A DNA stretch of 64,000 nt, from assembly GCA_030141605.1 (NCBI GenBank), contig JAQGDQ010000979.1, positions 9,973-73,972 of the forward strand, in the 5' to 3' direction. Below, piece after piece: positions 13,443-26,602 of this stretch. The notes beneath the pieces are model-generated. The model searched no databases. It was not told where the DNA came from and saw only the letters and a program-made list of their open reading frames with translations. Within the stretch, counting starts at the first letter, position 1; the number at the start of each line of letters is the position of its first letter. The DNA is from Tubiluchus corallicola. Lineage: Eukaryota; Animalia; Priapulida. Made by a program: the position numbers and the translations under genes.

Positions 13443-14409
13443 TGATTACAAATCACTTGTTTTGACAAAGATAGCAGAATGGATTGGCAAACTCAGCTAC
13501 TGAGTGATAAACATTTGTTTTCTTTGACCGTTCTAATGGCGCAGATGTAAAATTAATATTGAATTTGCAAATTTAAATGCGATTAATCTCAGTACAGTCA
13601 TTGGTTCATACACTTTCTCTTTGCCCAATTTCCTCTAATGCATTTCTTCAATTGCTCAATAATTCCTTATTATCCGCTAGAGCTGCAGCCCTTCCTAGAT
13701 GCTCTTCAATGACAGAAATTCTAAAAACTCTGACATCCTTTCGTCGGATCTTGTAATTTGCTCGATGACATTTTCTTATTGCACTTTTTCGTGTTCACGT
13801 ATTTCATGGAGAAATAAATAAAGCGGCCAGGCAGGCAGTTGAAATAAATAAAGCGGCCAATATGAAGCTTTTAAACTGAAAATGCTGGGAAATTTGTTCA
13901 GCGTTTGAAGAAGAATATGCTACTGTATGAGAAGCCATTGTGCATCTTGTGTAATTTTTTTTCAGAAATCGATGAAGCATTAAAAATTTTTAGCTTTCCT
14001 ATAATCAATCAGTGATCGGTGATAAAGTCATAGGTAAAGAGTTACGATTAATTTTGGATAGAGTTATAGCTAGAGTTAAGTTTGGGGTCGGAGTTGCCTC
14101 TTTTTTATTGTGCTTTTTTCGTACGACTTTTTTTCACGTGACTTTTCTACTTGGATTTAGTCAATCCATTTGCATGCCTCCGTTCTCAATAGGTTCAATT
14201 TCTCGGACATACAGAAGACTGAACTGGTTTAAAGATTTTAGTAATGGCTTCATTATTTGGCTTTAGATGAGCAATATATTAGCTATTTCTTTTAAATTGT
14301 AACTGCCTATCTTCATTCTGATTATATGTATGTTTTTTTAATCTTTCTTAGTTTCATTGAAAAAAGCACTGAGATCTTCGGATGGAGTGTGTCTTTAAAA
14401 ATAAACTGT

Positions 14410-14452
<43 letters not shown>

Positions 14453-14489
14453 CGATGTTGTAACGTTATTGTAATTGATATTGTAATTG

Positions 14490-14520
<31 letters not shown>

Positions 14521-14690
14521 CATTATCATTATCATTATCATTATCATTATCATTATCATTATCATTATCATTATCATTATCATTATCATTATCATTATCA
14601 TTATCATTATCATTATCATTATCATTATCATTATCATTATCATTATCATTATCATTATCATTATCATTATCATTATCTTTATTATTATTA
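14410..14690. repeat. (GTT)n followed by (TTATCA)n microsatellite
   Basis: Direct reading; about 30 perfect hexamers. Confidence 0.95.
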
Positions 14691-15127
14691 TAAAATTAAT
14701 ATATATGATAATAATAAACAGTTTATCATCATCATCATCATCATTATCATCATTAGTATTAGTATTATTTTAAGACGATCTGTTAGAAACGAAGCCCTAG
14801 TAACAGCAAGGCTGGATTACCCTTCAGCCTAAGACCCATACTTTGCACTACTTGGCTTCCTGGCACTGCGCCAAGAAGTGTCAAAATGCAATTTTAAAGT
14901 GGCTCGTTCTTATCTTATCGTTCTTATATAAAGGATATCTCTTTGAGGCCCTTTATTTGAAACATGCGGCCGGTAGCAGGGGACCCACTAGTCTGAGGGG
15001 ACCCACAATTTCATAAGGTAAGAATCCCAAAAGGCTATAATCCGGCCACTCGTGTCAAGTAGTCTTCAATGTGCAAGACAGCCGTCATCCACTCAGACTC
15101 AAAACCCACGTGGCCCTTTTAAGCGCC

Positions 15128-16258
15128 CTTGCAAAGCTACGTCCGCCCCGACTGTTATCTTGTGCTTTAAGAAAACTTGCAGAACTACGTCCGCCCCGAC
15201 TGTTATCTTGTACTTTAAGAACACTTGCAAAACTACGTCCGCTCCGACAGTTATCTTGTACTTTAAGAACACTTGCAAAGCTACGTCCCCCCCCGACTGT
15301 TATCTTGTGCTTTAAGCTCCCTTGCAGAACTACGTCCGCCCCGACTGCTATCTTGTACTTTAAGCTCCCTTTCAGAACTACGTCCGCCCCGACTGTTATC
15401 TTGTACTTTAAGAACACTTGCAAAGCTACGTCCGCCGTGACTGTTATCTTGTACTTTAAGAACACTTGCAGAACTACGTCGACTGCTATCTTGTACTTTA
15501 AGAACACTTGCAAAGCTACGTCCGCCCTGACTGTTATCTTGTACTTTAAGAACACTTGCAGAACTACGTCGACTGCTATCTTGTACTTTAAGAACACTTG
15601 CAAAACTACATCCGCCCCGACTGTTATCTTGTACTTTAAGAACACTTGCAGAACTACGTCGACTGCTATCTTGTACTTTAAGAACACTTGCAAAGCTACG
15701 TCCGCCCTGACTGTTATCTTGTACTTTAAGACCACTTGCAAAGCTACGTCGACTGCTATCTTGTACTTTAAGAACACTTGCAAAGCTACGTCCGCCCTGA
15801 CTGTTATCTTGTACTTTAAAAACACTTGCAAAGCTACTTCGACTGCTATATTGTACTTTAAGAACACTTGCAAAGCTACGTCCGCCCTGACTGTTATCTT
15901 GTACTTTAAGAACACTTGCAAAGCTACGTCGACTGCTATCTTGTACTTTAAGGACACTTGCAAAGCTACGTCCGCCCTGACTGTTATCTTGTACTTTAAA
16001 AACACTTGCAAAGCTACTTCGACTGCTATATTGTACTTTAAGAACACTTGCAAAGCTACGTCCGCCCCGACTGCTATATTGTACTTTAAGACACACTTGC
16101 AAAGCTACGTCGACTGTTATCTTGTACTTTAAGAACACTTGCAAAACTACATCCGCCCCGACTGTTATCTTGTACTTTAAGACACTTGCAAAGCTACGTC
16201 GACTGCTATCTTGTACTTTAAGAACACTTGCAAAACTACATCCGCCCCGACTGCTATA
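15128..16258. repeat. Minisatellite of 48-bp and 42-bp units forming a 90-bp higher-order repeat
   Basis: 48-mer cttgcaaagctacgtccgccctgactgttatcttgtactttaagaaca alternates with 42-mer cttgcagaactacgtcgactgctatcttgtactttaagaaca from ~15417 onward. Confidence 0.93.
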
Positions 16259-16881
16259 CTATTAAGGCGATATTAAGATTGAAGACGTGCTTTAAGTCAG
16301 AGTAAAAGTGCAAATAAGTGACAGGCATTCCTTAGATGCTTCTACGCTTTCGTCTTCGACACTTCTAATTCTACATTGTACCGGAGAAGTTCAGTGTCGT
16401 TTATTCTCCCCTGTAATTGATTTATTACGACTAGAGCTGAGGATATTGGACCCATATCTGTCCTCTTTTCCACGTTTTATTACCGATTCACGAATTGACG
16501 ACATTCGCCCGTCGTTCGTTGGTTTTTCTCGTTTGATTTCGCTTCTAGATTAATCCTTCTTCGTCCCATACGTGACCTTTGTGGTGAACAATGAAACGGC
16601 ACAGGTAGAAATGGCACGGGTAGTAATGGAATGGTAAATGCAGCACAGGAAACTCTTCAAACAGTCAAGGTCCCACATAACTTGTTTTTTTTTAAAAGCT
16701 GGTGCCCTTTTTTCAGTTATAGCTTTGCCTGAAAAATTGGTACGCCTAGTGGTTCGGAAGTGGTGCTGACAAGCCACTTGCAAGACAGAGTTTAGCTTTC
16801 TGTTGGATTACTGGAGGGTAGATTTCTTGTATTTTACAGTTCTGCCTGCCAAGCGTCTACAATAGACGTAAGCGGCTTACG

Positions 16882-17172
16882 GTGATGATGATAGTGACGA
16901 TGATGATGATGATACTGATGGTGATGATTATAATGATCATGATGTTGATGTTGTTGATGATGATGTGATGTAATGGTGGTGGTGACGATGATGATGATAC
17001 TGATGGTGATGATTATAATGATGATGATGATGATGATGTTGTTGATGATGATGGTGGTAATGGTGGTGGTGGCGATGACGATGATACTGATGGTGATGAT
17101 TATAATGATGATGATGATGATGTTGTTGTTGTTGTTGTTGTTGATGATAAATGATGATGATGATGATGATGA

Positions 17173-17221
<49 letters not shown>

Positions 17222-17392
17222 GATGATGATGATGATGATGATGGTGGTAATGGTGGCGGTGACGATGATGATGATACTGGTGATGATTATAATGATCATG
17301 ATGATGATTTTGTTGTTGATGATGATGATGGTGGTAATGGTGGTGGTGGCGGTGGTGGTGGTGATCGTGACGATGATGATGATGGATGATGA
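16882..17392. repeat. Compound (GAT/GTT/GGT)n microsatellite
   Basis: Direct reading. Confidence 0.93.
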
Positions 17393-17911
17393 TCAGAAAT
17401 GTGAATTTGTTAAGCACGGCTTTTAACAGTTCGAATTATCTTTCAAACAGAGGGATACCTGTTAGGATTAAGATGAGGTACCTTGTTTTTTTTCACATTT
17501 TTTCATTTGTTTTTTTTCACATTTTTTCCTGTGCCCTGAGCTCTTTGCGATTTAACCTGCAGTAAACCTTCTTGGTTTTGTAGTCACTAAAATGCAGCCT
17601 TGCAACTTTCTTGGACACTTTAAAAAGATCTCAAAAGGCATTTTAGAAATTTACTTAAAGTCTTATTACCTACAGCATGAAAACTCAGAAGTTCTGTTGT
17701 CGAAAGGTAAAAGAAAACAATGGGTTCTGGTTAACCGATCGACGATCGCTAATCCGCCTTATCTCTGCCGGATAAAAGCGCAGTTAAATGTTATTTTTTT
17801 CTCTTGAAAAACAGATGTACTATTTTGTCTTGTGAGGGCCGTGCTCTGAACTTCCGTGTGGTCGACACCTCGAAATGTTTAGATAAGACTAGAGTTTGAC
17901 TCCCTAGTTTT

Positions 17912-18704
17912 ACTGTCCGCTGCCTAAAGCCACTTTTAATGTTCTAGTGACCATGCATTTGTTTATCTCCTCTAGTTGTCTCTAAACTGTTATAGGAAGT
18001 ACTCCACTGTCCACTGATTAAAGCCACTTTTAATGTTCTAGTGACCATGCATTTGTTTATCTCCTCTAGTTGTCTCTAAACTGTTATAGGAAGTACACCA
18101 CTGTCCACTGCCTAAAGACACTTTTAATGTTCTAGTGACCATGCATTTGTTTATCTCCTCTAGTTGTCTCTAAACTGTTATAGGAAGTACACCACTGTCC
18201 ACTGCCTAAAGCCACTTTTAATGTTCTAGTGACCATGCATTTGTTTATCTCCTCTAGTTGTCTCTAAACTGTTATAGGAAGTACTCCACTGTCCACTGCC
18301 TAAAGCCACTTTTAATGTTCTAGTGACCATGCATTTGTTTATCTCCTCTAGTTGTCTCTAAACTGTTATAGGAAGTACTCCACTGTCCACTGCCTAAAGC
18401 CACTTTTAATGTTCTAGTGACCATTATGTTCTAGTGATGCATTTGTTTATCTCCTCTAGTTGTCTCTAAACTGTTAAAGGAAGTACTCCACTGTCCACTG
18501 CCTAAAGCCACTTTTAATGTTCTAGTGACCATGCATTTGTTTATCTCCTCTAGTTGTCTCTAAACTGTTATAGGAAGTACTCCACTGTCCACTGCCTAAA
18601 GCCACTTTTAATGTTCTAGTGACCATGCATTTGTTTATCTCCTCTAGTTGTCTCTAAACTGTTAAAGGAAGTACACCACTGTCCACTGATTAAAGCCACT
18701 TTTA
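17912..18704. repeat. 94-bp satellite, about 8 copies
   Basis: cacttttaatgttctagtgaccatgc recurs at 17931, 18025, 18119 etc. Confidence 0.95.
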
Positions 18705-19611
18705 CTTGCCTATATACCTACCTGCCTACTTACGTACCTACCTACCTACCTACCTACCTACCTATCTACTTACGTACCTACCTACCTACCTACCTGTCTA
18801 CCTACCTACCTACCTACTTACCTACCTACCAACCTACCTACCTGTCTACCTACCTACCTACCTACCTACCTACCTACCTACCTACCTACCTACCTACCTA
18901 CCTACCTACCTACCTACCTACCTACCTACCTACCTACCTACCTACCTACCTATCTACCTACCTACCTACCCACCTACCTACCTATCTACCTACCTACCTA
19001 CCTACCTACCTACCTACCTACCTACCTACCTACCTACCTACCTACCTACCTACCTACCTACCTACCTACCTACCTACCTACCTACCTACCTACCTACCTA
19101 CCTACCTACCTACCTACCTACCTACCTACCTACCTACCTACCTACCTACCTACCTACCTACCTACCTACCTACCTACCTATCTACCTACCTACCTACCTA
19201 CCTACCTACCTACCTACCTACCTACCTACCTACCTACCTACCTACCTACCTACCTACCTACCTACCTACCTACCTACCTACCTACCTACCTACCTACCTA
19301 CCTACCTACCTACCTACCTACCTACCTACCTACCTACCTACCTACCTACCTACCTACCTACCTACCTACCTACCTACCTACCTACCTACCTACCTACCTA
19401 CTTACGTACCTACCTACCTACCTACCTGTCTACCTACCTACCTACCTACTTACCTACTACGTACCTACCTACCTACCTACCTACCTACCTACCTTCCTAC
19501 CTACCTACCTACCTACCTACCTACCTACCTACCTACCTACCTACCTACCTACCTACCTACCTACCTACCTACATATCCTCGACCCACCTACCTACCCCTC
19601 GACCCACCTAC
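18705..19611. repeat. (CCTA)n tetranucleotide microsatellite, ~900 bp
   Basis: Direct reading; the 'TYLP' ORF is an artefact. Confidence 0.97.
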
Positions 19612-20217
19612 TTTCCGTTACAACCAAAAGCAGCATTTCAGTAAAATTTTACTGCATTAATAAGCACACCACAGCTGTAGACAGCTTAGCTTTAATAAGA
19701 GAAAAACTGTAGAATTTTATATAACTTTGCAATTTTTGGACAAGCAAAATTACCGAGTATTTTTATGCCTAAATCAGTTTCTAGTTCATACATTAATAAT
19801 GCATCAGCATCATCTTATCCAGCACTGCTTTGCTGTTCATTTTAACTCTGTATCAGATGACGTATGAGTCAGAATTGTGGTCACGTGGGAATATGATAAT
19901 TTGGCAGCACAGCCTTCCATAACTGTCATTATTAATGATTATTAAAGACGTGCTGTATAGTGTTTTTACCGGACATCTTCGCGTATCCTAGGAATAGTAA
20001 AATTATCCATAAAAGGTTTCCATTAGTGCTGATTCATTTCTCTTATAATTCAAGCACCTTCTTTTTATCGTTGACTGCTTGTCTGACGTCATTGTAATTA
20101 AGCTAATTTATGTATTTCTTCTCGTGTTGTGGATGTGGAAGTCTGAAGTATTGCTAGCCTTATCAATTCTATTGTTATAGTTCCAGGGCAGTTCAACGTC
20201 CAGTAGTGAGAATTGGA

Positions 20218-20603
20218 ATATAATATAATGTAATGTAATGTAGTGTGAGGTAAAGTAATGTAATGTAATGTAATGTAGTGTAAGGTAGGGTAATGTAATG
20301 TAATAATAATGATATGATGTGATGTGATGTGATGTGATGTGATGTGATGTGATGTGATGTGATGTGATGTAATGTAATGTAATGTAATGTAAAGTAATGT
20401 AATGTAATGATTTAATGTAATGTAATAATAATGATATGATGTGATGTGATGTGATGTGATATGATATGATGTGATGTGATGTGATGTAATGTGATGTGAT
20501 GTAATGTGAAGTAATCTAATGTAATGATTTCATGTAATGTAATGTAATAATAATGATATGATATGATGTGATGTGATGTGATGTGACATATAATATAATA
20601 TAA
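20218..20603. repeat. (ATGTA/ATGTG)n pentanucleotide microsatellite
   Basis: Direct reading. Confidence 0.93.
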
Positions 20604-20768
20604 TAGAAATACTTTAAGCAGCATACAGCCTTATCTCTATCATTCCTGCTGTCTATCTAAATCCACTACCGATTTACTAATTAGACTAATTAAGTTAATC
20701 AGAGAAAGCTGCTCACCTTCCTACAAATTTAATCAAGTCCAGCTGCTAACTGTCTTCAAGTAATGGCG

Positions 20769-22635
20769 ATTGATAAGTACTCATAGTTATTGAGAAAGTC
20801 CTGTATGGAATCCGTCCATTGATAAGTACTCATAGTTATTGAGAAAGTCCTGTATGGAATCCATCCATTGATAAGTACGCATAGTTATTGAGAAAGTCCT
20901 GTATGGAATCCATCCATTGATAAGTACTCATAGTTATTGAGAAAGTCCTGTATAGAATCCATCCATTGATAAGTACTCATAGTTATTGAGAAAGTCCTGT
21001 ATGGAATCCATCCATTGATAAGTACTCATAGTTATTGAGAAAGTCCTGCATGGAATCCGTCCATTGATAAGTACTCATAGTTATTGAGAAAGTCCTGTAT
21101 GGAATCCATCCATTGATAAGTACTCGTAGTTATTGAGAAAGTCCTGTATGGAATTCATCCATTGATAAGTACTCATAGTTATTGAGAAAGTCCTGTATGG
21201 AATCCATCCATTGATAAGTATTCATAGTTAATGAGAATGTCCTGTATGGAATCCATCCATTGATAAGTACTCATAGTTATTGAGAAAGTCCTGTATGGAA
21301 TCCATCCATTGATAAGTATTCATAGTTATTGAGAAAGTCCTGTATGGAATCCGTCCATTGATAAATACTCATAGTTATTGAGAAAGTCCTGTATGGAATT
21401 CATCCTTTGATAAGTACTCATAGTTATTGAGAAAGTCCTGTATAGAATCCATCCATTGATAAGTACTCATAGTTATTGAGAAAGTCCTGTATGGAATCCA
21501 TCCATTGATAAGTACTCATAGTTATTGAGAATGTCCTGTATGGAATCCATCCATTGATAAGTACTCATAGTTATTGAGAAAGTCGTGTATGGAATCCATC
21601 CATTGATAAGTACTCATGGTTATTGAGAAAGTCCTGTATGGAATCCATCCATTGATAAGTACTCATAGTTATTGAGAAAGTCCTGTATAGAATCCGTCCA
21701 TTGATAAGTACTCATAGTTATTGAGAAAGTCCTGCATGGAATCCGTCCATTGATAAGTACTCATAGTTATTGAGAAAGTCCTGTATGGAATCCATACATT
21801 GATAAGTACTCGTAGTTATTGAGAAAGTCCTGTATGGAATTCATCCATTGATAAGTACTCATAGTTATTGAGAAAGTCCTGTATGGAATCCATCCATTGA
21901 TAAGTACTCATAGTTAATGAGAATGTCCTGTATGGAATCCATCCATTGATAAGTCCTCATAGTTACTGAGAAAGTCCTGTATGGAATCCATCCATTGATA
22001 AGTACTCATAGTTATTGAGAAAGTCCTGTATGGAATCCATCCATTGATAAGTATTCATAGTTATTGAGAAAGTCCTGTATGGAATCCGTCCATTGATAAG
22101 TACTCATAGTTATTGAGAAAGTCCTGTATGGAATTCATCCTTTGATAAGTACTCATAGTTATTGAGAAAGTCCTGTATAGAATCCATCCATTGATAAGTA
22201 CTCATAGTTATTGAGAAAGTCCTGTATGGAATCCATCCATTGATAAGTACTCATAGTTATTGAGAATGTCCTGTATGGAATCCATCCATTGATAAGTACT
22301 CATAGTTATTGAGAAAGTCATGTATAGAATCCGTCCATTGATAAGTACTCATAGTTATTGAGAAAGTCCTGTGTGGAATCCATCCATTGATAAGTACTCA
22401 TAGTTATTGAGAATGTCCTGTATGGAATCCATCCATTGATAAGTACACATAGTTATTGAGAAAGTCCTGTGTGGAATCCATCCATTGATAAGTACTCATA
22501 GTTACTGAGAATGTTCTGTATGGAATCCAGCCATTGATAAGTACTCATAGTTATTGAGAAAGTCCTGCATGGAATCCATCCATTGATAAGTGCTCATAGT
22601 TATTGAGAAAGTCCTGTGTGGAATCCATCCATCCA
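20769..22635. repeat. 49-bp satellite, about 38 copies
   Basis: Unit cattgataagtactcatagttattgagaaagtcctgtatggaatccatc repeated head-to-tail with scattered SNPs and no spacers. Confidence 0.97.
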
Positions 22636-22659
22636 TGCTCAGAAACAATCAGCCTTTAA

Positions 22660-23145
22660 ACGAAGACCGGATGATTGTTTAGACTCAATCTCATTTTAAT
22701 ACACTGTGCAAAATATACATTTTCTTGCCTGTAAATGTTAAGAATTGTTCCTTATATTTGAATAATTAGCTTAGAAAGTTAATTAAGGGCAACCGAACAC
22801 AACTATTGCTTACGTCAGAAACTTGCGCGTCAAGCACATTTGCATAAGTGTCACAGTACTGCTTAAACGCGTGATGTCACGAAAATGGGCTCTACGTCAT
22901 ATGACGTCAGAAACTAGCACTGCAGTTCATGATCATGCTTATCACAGTACCGCCTTCTATTTGTCGGTCACGCGAATGTGACAAAAAGGCGCCGTTGGGA
23001 ATCTCACTAAATTCACTGAGCCGCGCGTAACTTTGAAAGTTTAACGAAATTTGAGTATCCAAGGTAATTATTATTTAATCTAAGCTTTGATTTAAAAAAA
23101 AGTTATTGTAGTGTCCAATATTTTACACAATCGTCCGGTTTTCCT
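22660..23145 (-). mobile_element. MITE family A copy (Kolobok-like)
   Basis: TTAA at 22656-22659 and 23146-23149; ends acgaagaccggatgattg / caatcgtccggttttcct; reverse complement of the 35784-36316 copy. Confidence 0.8.
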
Positions 23146-23454
23146 TTAAATTTTATAAAGTTTGCTTAATGCAGGTAACTATTTTTTGTAACATTTTACT
23201 TGCACTCGACGGCTATTGTGTGTTCTCACGTGTGCTGCACGAATAACAGCGTGGTGGCATTAGTCCCTGTAGTGAACATGTGTGGGTTTAGTCTCTACTA
23301 GGCGGCTTTTGATTGATGTAACAGGAAAGGATAGCAGCTAATCGATGCGAGGCAGATGTCACTGTGTCTGATGCTTTTAAATCTGAACTTTAACGTAATT
23401 TAAATAGAGCTTGAAGCTTAGGGTATGACAGTGTGGGGTGACCAGTGAAAGCAA

Positions 23455-23803
23455 AAACGACGACGACGACGACAACGACGATGTTGATCATGATGACTAT
23501 GATGATGATGATGATGACGATGGTGGTGTCATTGTCACTGCCACTGTCATTGTCCTTGTTGTTGTTGCTGTTGTTGTCGTTGCTGTTGCTGTTGTTGTTG
23601 CTGTTGCTGTTGTTGTTGCTGTTGCTGTTGTTTTCGTCATCGTCCTTATCATTGTTGTCATTGTTGTTAATGTCATGCTCATTGTCGTTGTCATTGCAGC
23701 TTTCCTTGTTGCTGTTGTTGATATGATGACGTTGATGATGACTGTGACGATGACATTGATGATGACGACGAAGTTGATGATGATGGCGACGACGATGATG
23801 ATG
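23455..23803. repeat. Compound (GAC/GAT/GTT/GCT)n microsatellite
   Basis: Direct reading. Confidence 0.9.
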
Positions 23804-24054
23804 ATTAGAGGTGTTCAACTGCTTATGCGTGAGCATAAGGGTGAATTTGAAACTTGAAGTTTTATCTTAAAACTTGCCTAGTTTTAGTACAACACACTGA
23901 ATATCTTACAGAAGCACTGTACTTCAATTTTAGATTTGACGAACACAGGGCAAAACATTCATGAAATGTTTGTGTTGTCGAGAATTATGTTAAGTTATGA
24001 AACATTGAAAGTTATGAGCTCGACGGGTTAAGTTTTTAACCTGCTGATTAAAAG

Positions 24055-24634
24055 AAGGCAGATGATTTTTCATATACTACCGTGTTTTCAAGTACGGTAA
24101 AACATACGTTTTTACACAATTAATACTGCAAAGGCGTTTCTGATAATTAAATAATAGATTAAAAACTTAATTAACGGCGGAGCAGCCCATTTATTGATGA
24201 CATCACAAACTAACATAATTTTCAACATCAAAAATATTCCACGAGCATGTTGCACGTTTTTGCGAAAGAGAAAATTGAAGTACAGTGCTAGTGTAAGATA
24301 TTCAGTGTGTTGTACTAAAACTAGGAAAGTCTCAAGATAAAAATTCAAATGCGTACGCATCAGCTGTCGAACGTATGTACGTCACAAACTAACATATCTG
24401 AACTCAGAGGTGCAGCACCTGTTTTTCTGCAATGCGTTTCTGACTAATGCTGTGTTCGTCAAACTAGCGAATGGCGAAATGCATGTAACAGTGAAGAACT
24501 AATGGCGCGTGTTTGTCAGGTGATAATTCTTTCATGTAAGTCATTTTTGAAAAAAAATAGTACGTTTCTTTTCAATATTTTAAATAGTAGATTGTTTTGA
24601 CCTACAGTTTAAGATTGGATCCGGTTTTGCTTTA
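24055..24634 (+). mobile_element. MITE family B (ends ggatccggttttgctttaa)
   Basis: Homologous to 56043-56863 and to a terminal fragment at ~41478-41546; an inverted partial copy lies at ~23815-24000; right terminus resembles the family A TIR followed by TTAA. Confidence 0.7.
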
Positions 24635-24714
24635 ATGATCAATAATGCTTTAGCATTAGATATGAAACATCAACCTATTTTACTCGAACAATTCTACTTT
24701 TTACTCCCCTCCCC

Positions 24715-25503
24715 CTCCCTCCGTCGTTTTCAACAACCCAAGTTAACAATTTCAAAACCACTCTGTTCCCATTTCTACATTTCTGGTTTCACCCCCCCCC
24801 CTCCCTCCGTCGTTTTCAACTACCCAAGTTAACAATTTCACATTGGAAGCCACTCTCTTCTCATTTCTACATTTCTGGTTTCACCCCCCCTCCCTCCGTC
24901 GTTTTCAACAACCCAAGTTAACAATTTCACATTGGAAGCCACTCTGTTCCCATTTCTACATTTCTGGTTTCACCCCCCCCCCTCCCTCCGTCGTTTTCAA
25001 CCACCCAAGTTAACAATTTCACATTGGAAGCCACTCTGTTCCCATTTCTACACTTCTGGTTTCACTCCCCCCTCCCCCCGTCGTTTTCAACAACCCAAGT
25101 TAGCAATTTCAAATTGGAGGAAGCCACTCTGTTCCCATTTCTACATTTCTGGTTTCACCTCCCCCCCTCCTCCCTCCGTCGTTTTCAACATCCCAAGTTA
25201 ACAATTTCACATTGGAAGCCACTCAGTTCCCATTTCTGCATTTCTGGTTTCACCCCCCTCCCCCCACCCTCCGTCGTTTTCAACAACCCAAGTTAACAAT
25301 TTTACATTGGAAGCCACTCAGTTCCCATTTCTACATTTCTGGTTTCACCTCCCCTCCCTCCCTCCGTCGTTTTCAACCACCCAAGTTAACAATTTCACAT
25401 TGGAAGCCACTCTGTTCCCATTTCTACATTTCTGGTTTCACTCCCCCTCCCTCCCTCCGTCGTTTTCAACATCCCAAGTTAACAATTTCACATTGGAAGC
25501 CAC
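24715..25503. repeat. ~92-95-bp tandem repeat with variable poly-C tracts, about 8 copies
   Basis: Unit ccctccgtcgttttcaac.acccaagttaacaatttcacattggaagccactctgttcccatttctacatttctggtttcac(c)n. Confidence 0.93.
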
Positions 25504-26069
25504 ACTCTGCAGTTAAGTCACGACAGCTGCAAGCGACAACACGCTATTGCATCTCGCCTCGAGTCAGAACGCCGACGGCTAAATTAATTTCAACGTGTCA
25601 GCGACGCGGCGAGAGAGCGATCGCAGCTCGGAAGAGCCATCATCAAAGACCGCGACCGTGTCAGCAATGCGGGAACTCTTATTTGAATTTCATCATATCC
25701 GACGCGTCGCAAATTGAATTCATTTAGTTCCGGCGAGGGAGTAGCGAAGCCACTTCTCGGGTTTCAATCGCTAATGCTTGTCTGGATGAACACTCTACGC
25801 TAGACTTATCAGAATACATCTGTGTCTAATCTCTATTATATTGACCTATATAGTCAAGTAAGAAATTGCATTCCCACTTGTTCCATAACTCAGAAATTGC
25901 AACTAGAAAAAAGTAGAGGGCGTTAGCTGACCACAGTGGGGTAAAAAGTTACACCAACTGTGTTTGCTCACATTTTTATATTGAAGCACACAACGAAAAA
26001 TTTTCAAACTAGTAGTGATTAAATACATCCCGATTTGTTATGCAACCGTAATAGTAGTAGTAGTTTATT

Positions 26070-26187
26070 GTCTACGGCCATATCACGTTGAAAACACCGG
26101 TTATCGTCTGATCACCGAAGTTAAGCAACGTAGAGCCTAGTTAGTACTTGGATGGGTGACCGCCCATTAATACCAGGTTCTACATGC
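26070..26187 (+). pseudogene. 5S rRNA-derived sequence (pseudogene / SINE3 head)
   Basis: gtctacggccatatcacgttgaaaacaccgg...gatcaccgaagttaagcaacg...gttagtacttggatgggtgaccgcc matches invertebrate 5S rRNA with box A and box C; the 3' strand of helix I is degenerate and there is no oligo-T terminator. Confidence 0.9.
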
Positions 26188-26602
26188 CCACACTGTATCT
26201 TGACACTAGGCGGAGGAGCTGCACAAGCAGCCAACGGCTAGAGGGTGGAAGAGGTTGAGTGACCCAACAGCCATGTGTAGAGGAGTAAACCTTCCAAATC
26301 AGGAGTGGAGCCCTGAAGGCGGATCAGTGCAGCATGTTCACTGACTCCAGCAGCTCCTGCAACCAACCTGGTGCCAAACGTATCGCTCCGCTTTCCTTTG
26401 GACTACACCAGGGAGGAAGAGAGGGGGTTCCTGTTGTCTGGGCAACTCAGGATCTCCATACACCTTGCCCAGGCGTGCGCCCTGGAGACGTTCAAAGATC
26501 GGATTGCTCAGCCACAGTCGACGCTGCAGCTCCATCAATGTGATCAATAACTGACTCTCTTGGCGCACACTCCATTGTCTTCCGAGACACAAGGATGCCA
26601 AC
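26070..26602 (+). mobile_element. 5S-headed SINE3-like retroposon with GC-rich body
   Basis: The 5S head runs directly into ~410 bp of GC-rich unique sequence ending ...ggcgcacactccattgtcttccgagacacaaggatgccaac; the body resembles non-LTR (RTE/Ingi-type) UTR sequence from memory, unverified; no TSD found. Confidence 0.55.

Noticed and set aside
26070-26187. Functional 5S rRNA gene
   Set aside because: 3' end cannot pair with the 5' GTCTAC helix, no oligo-T terminator, single copy.
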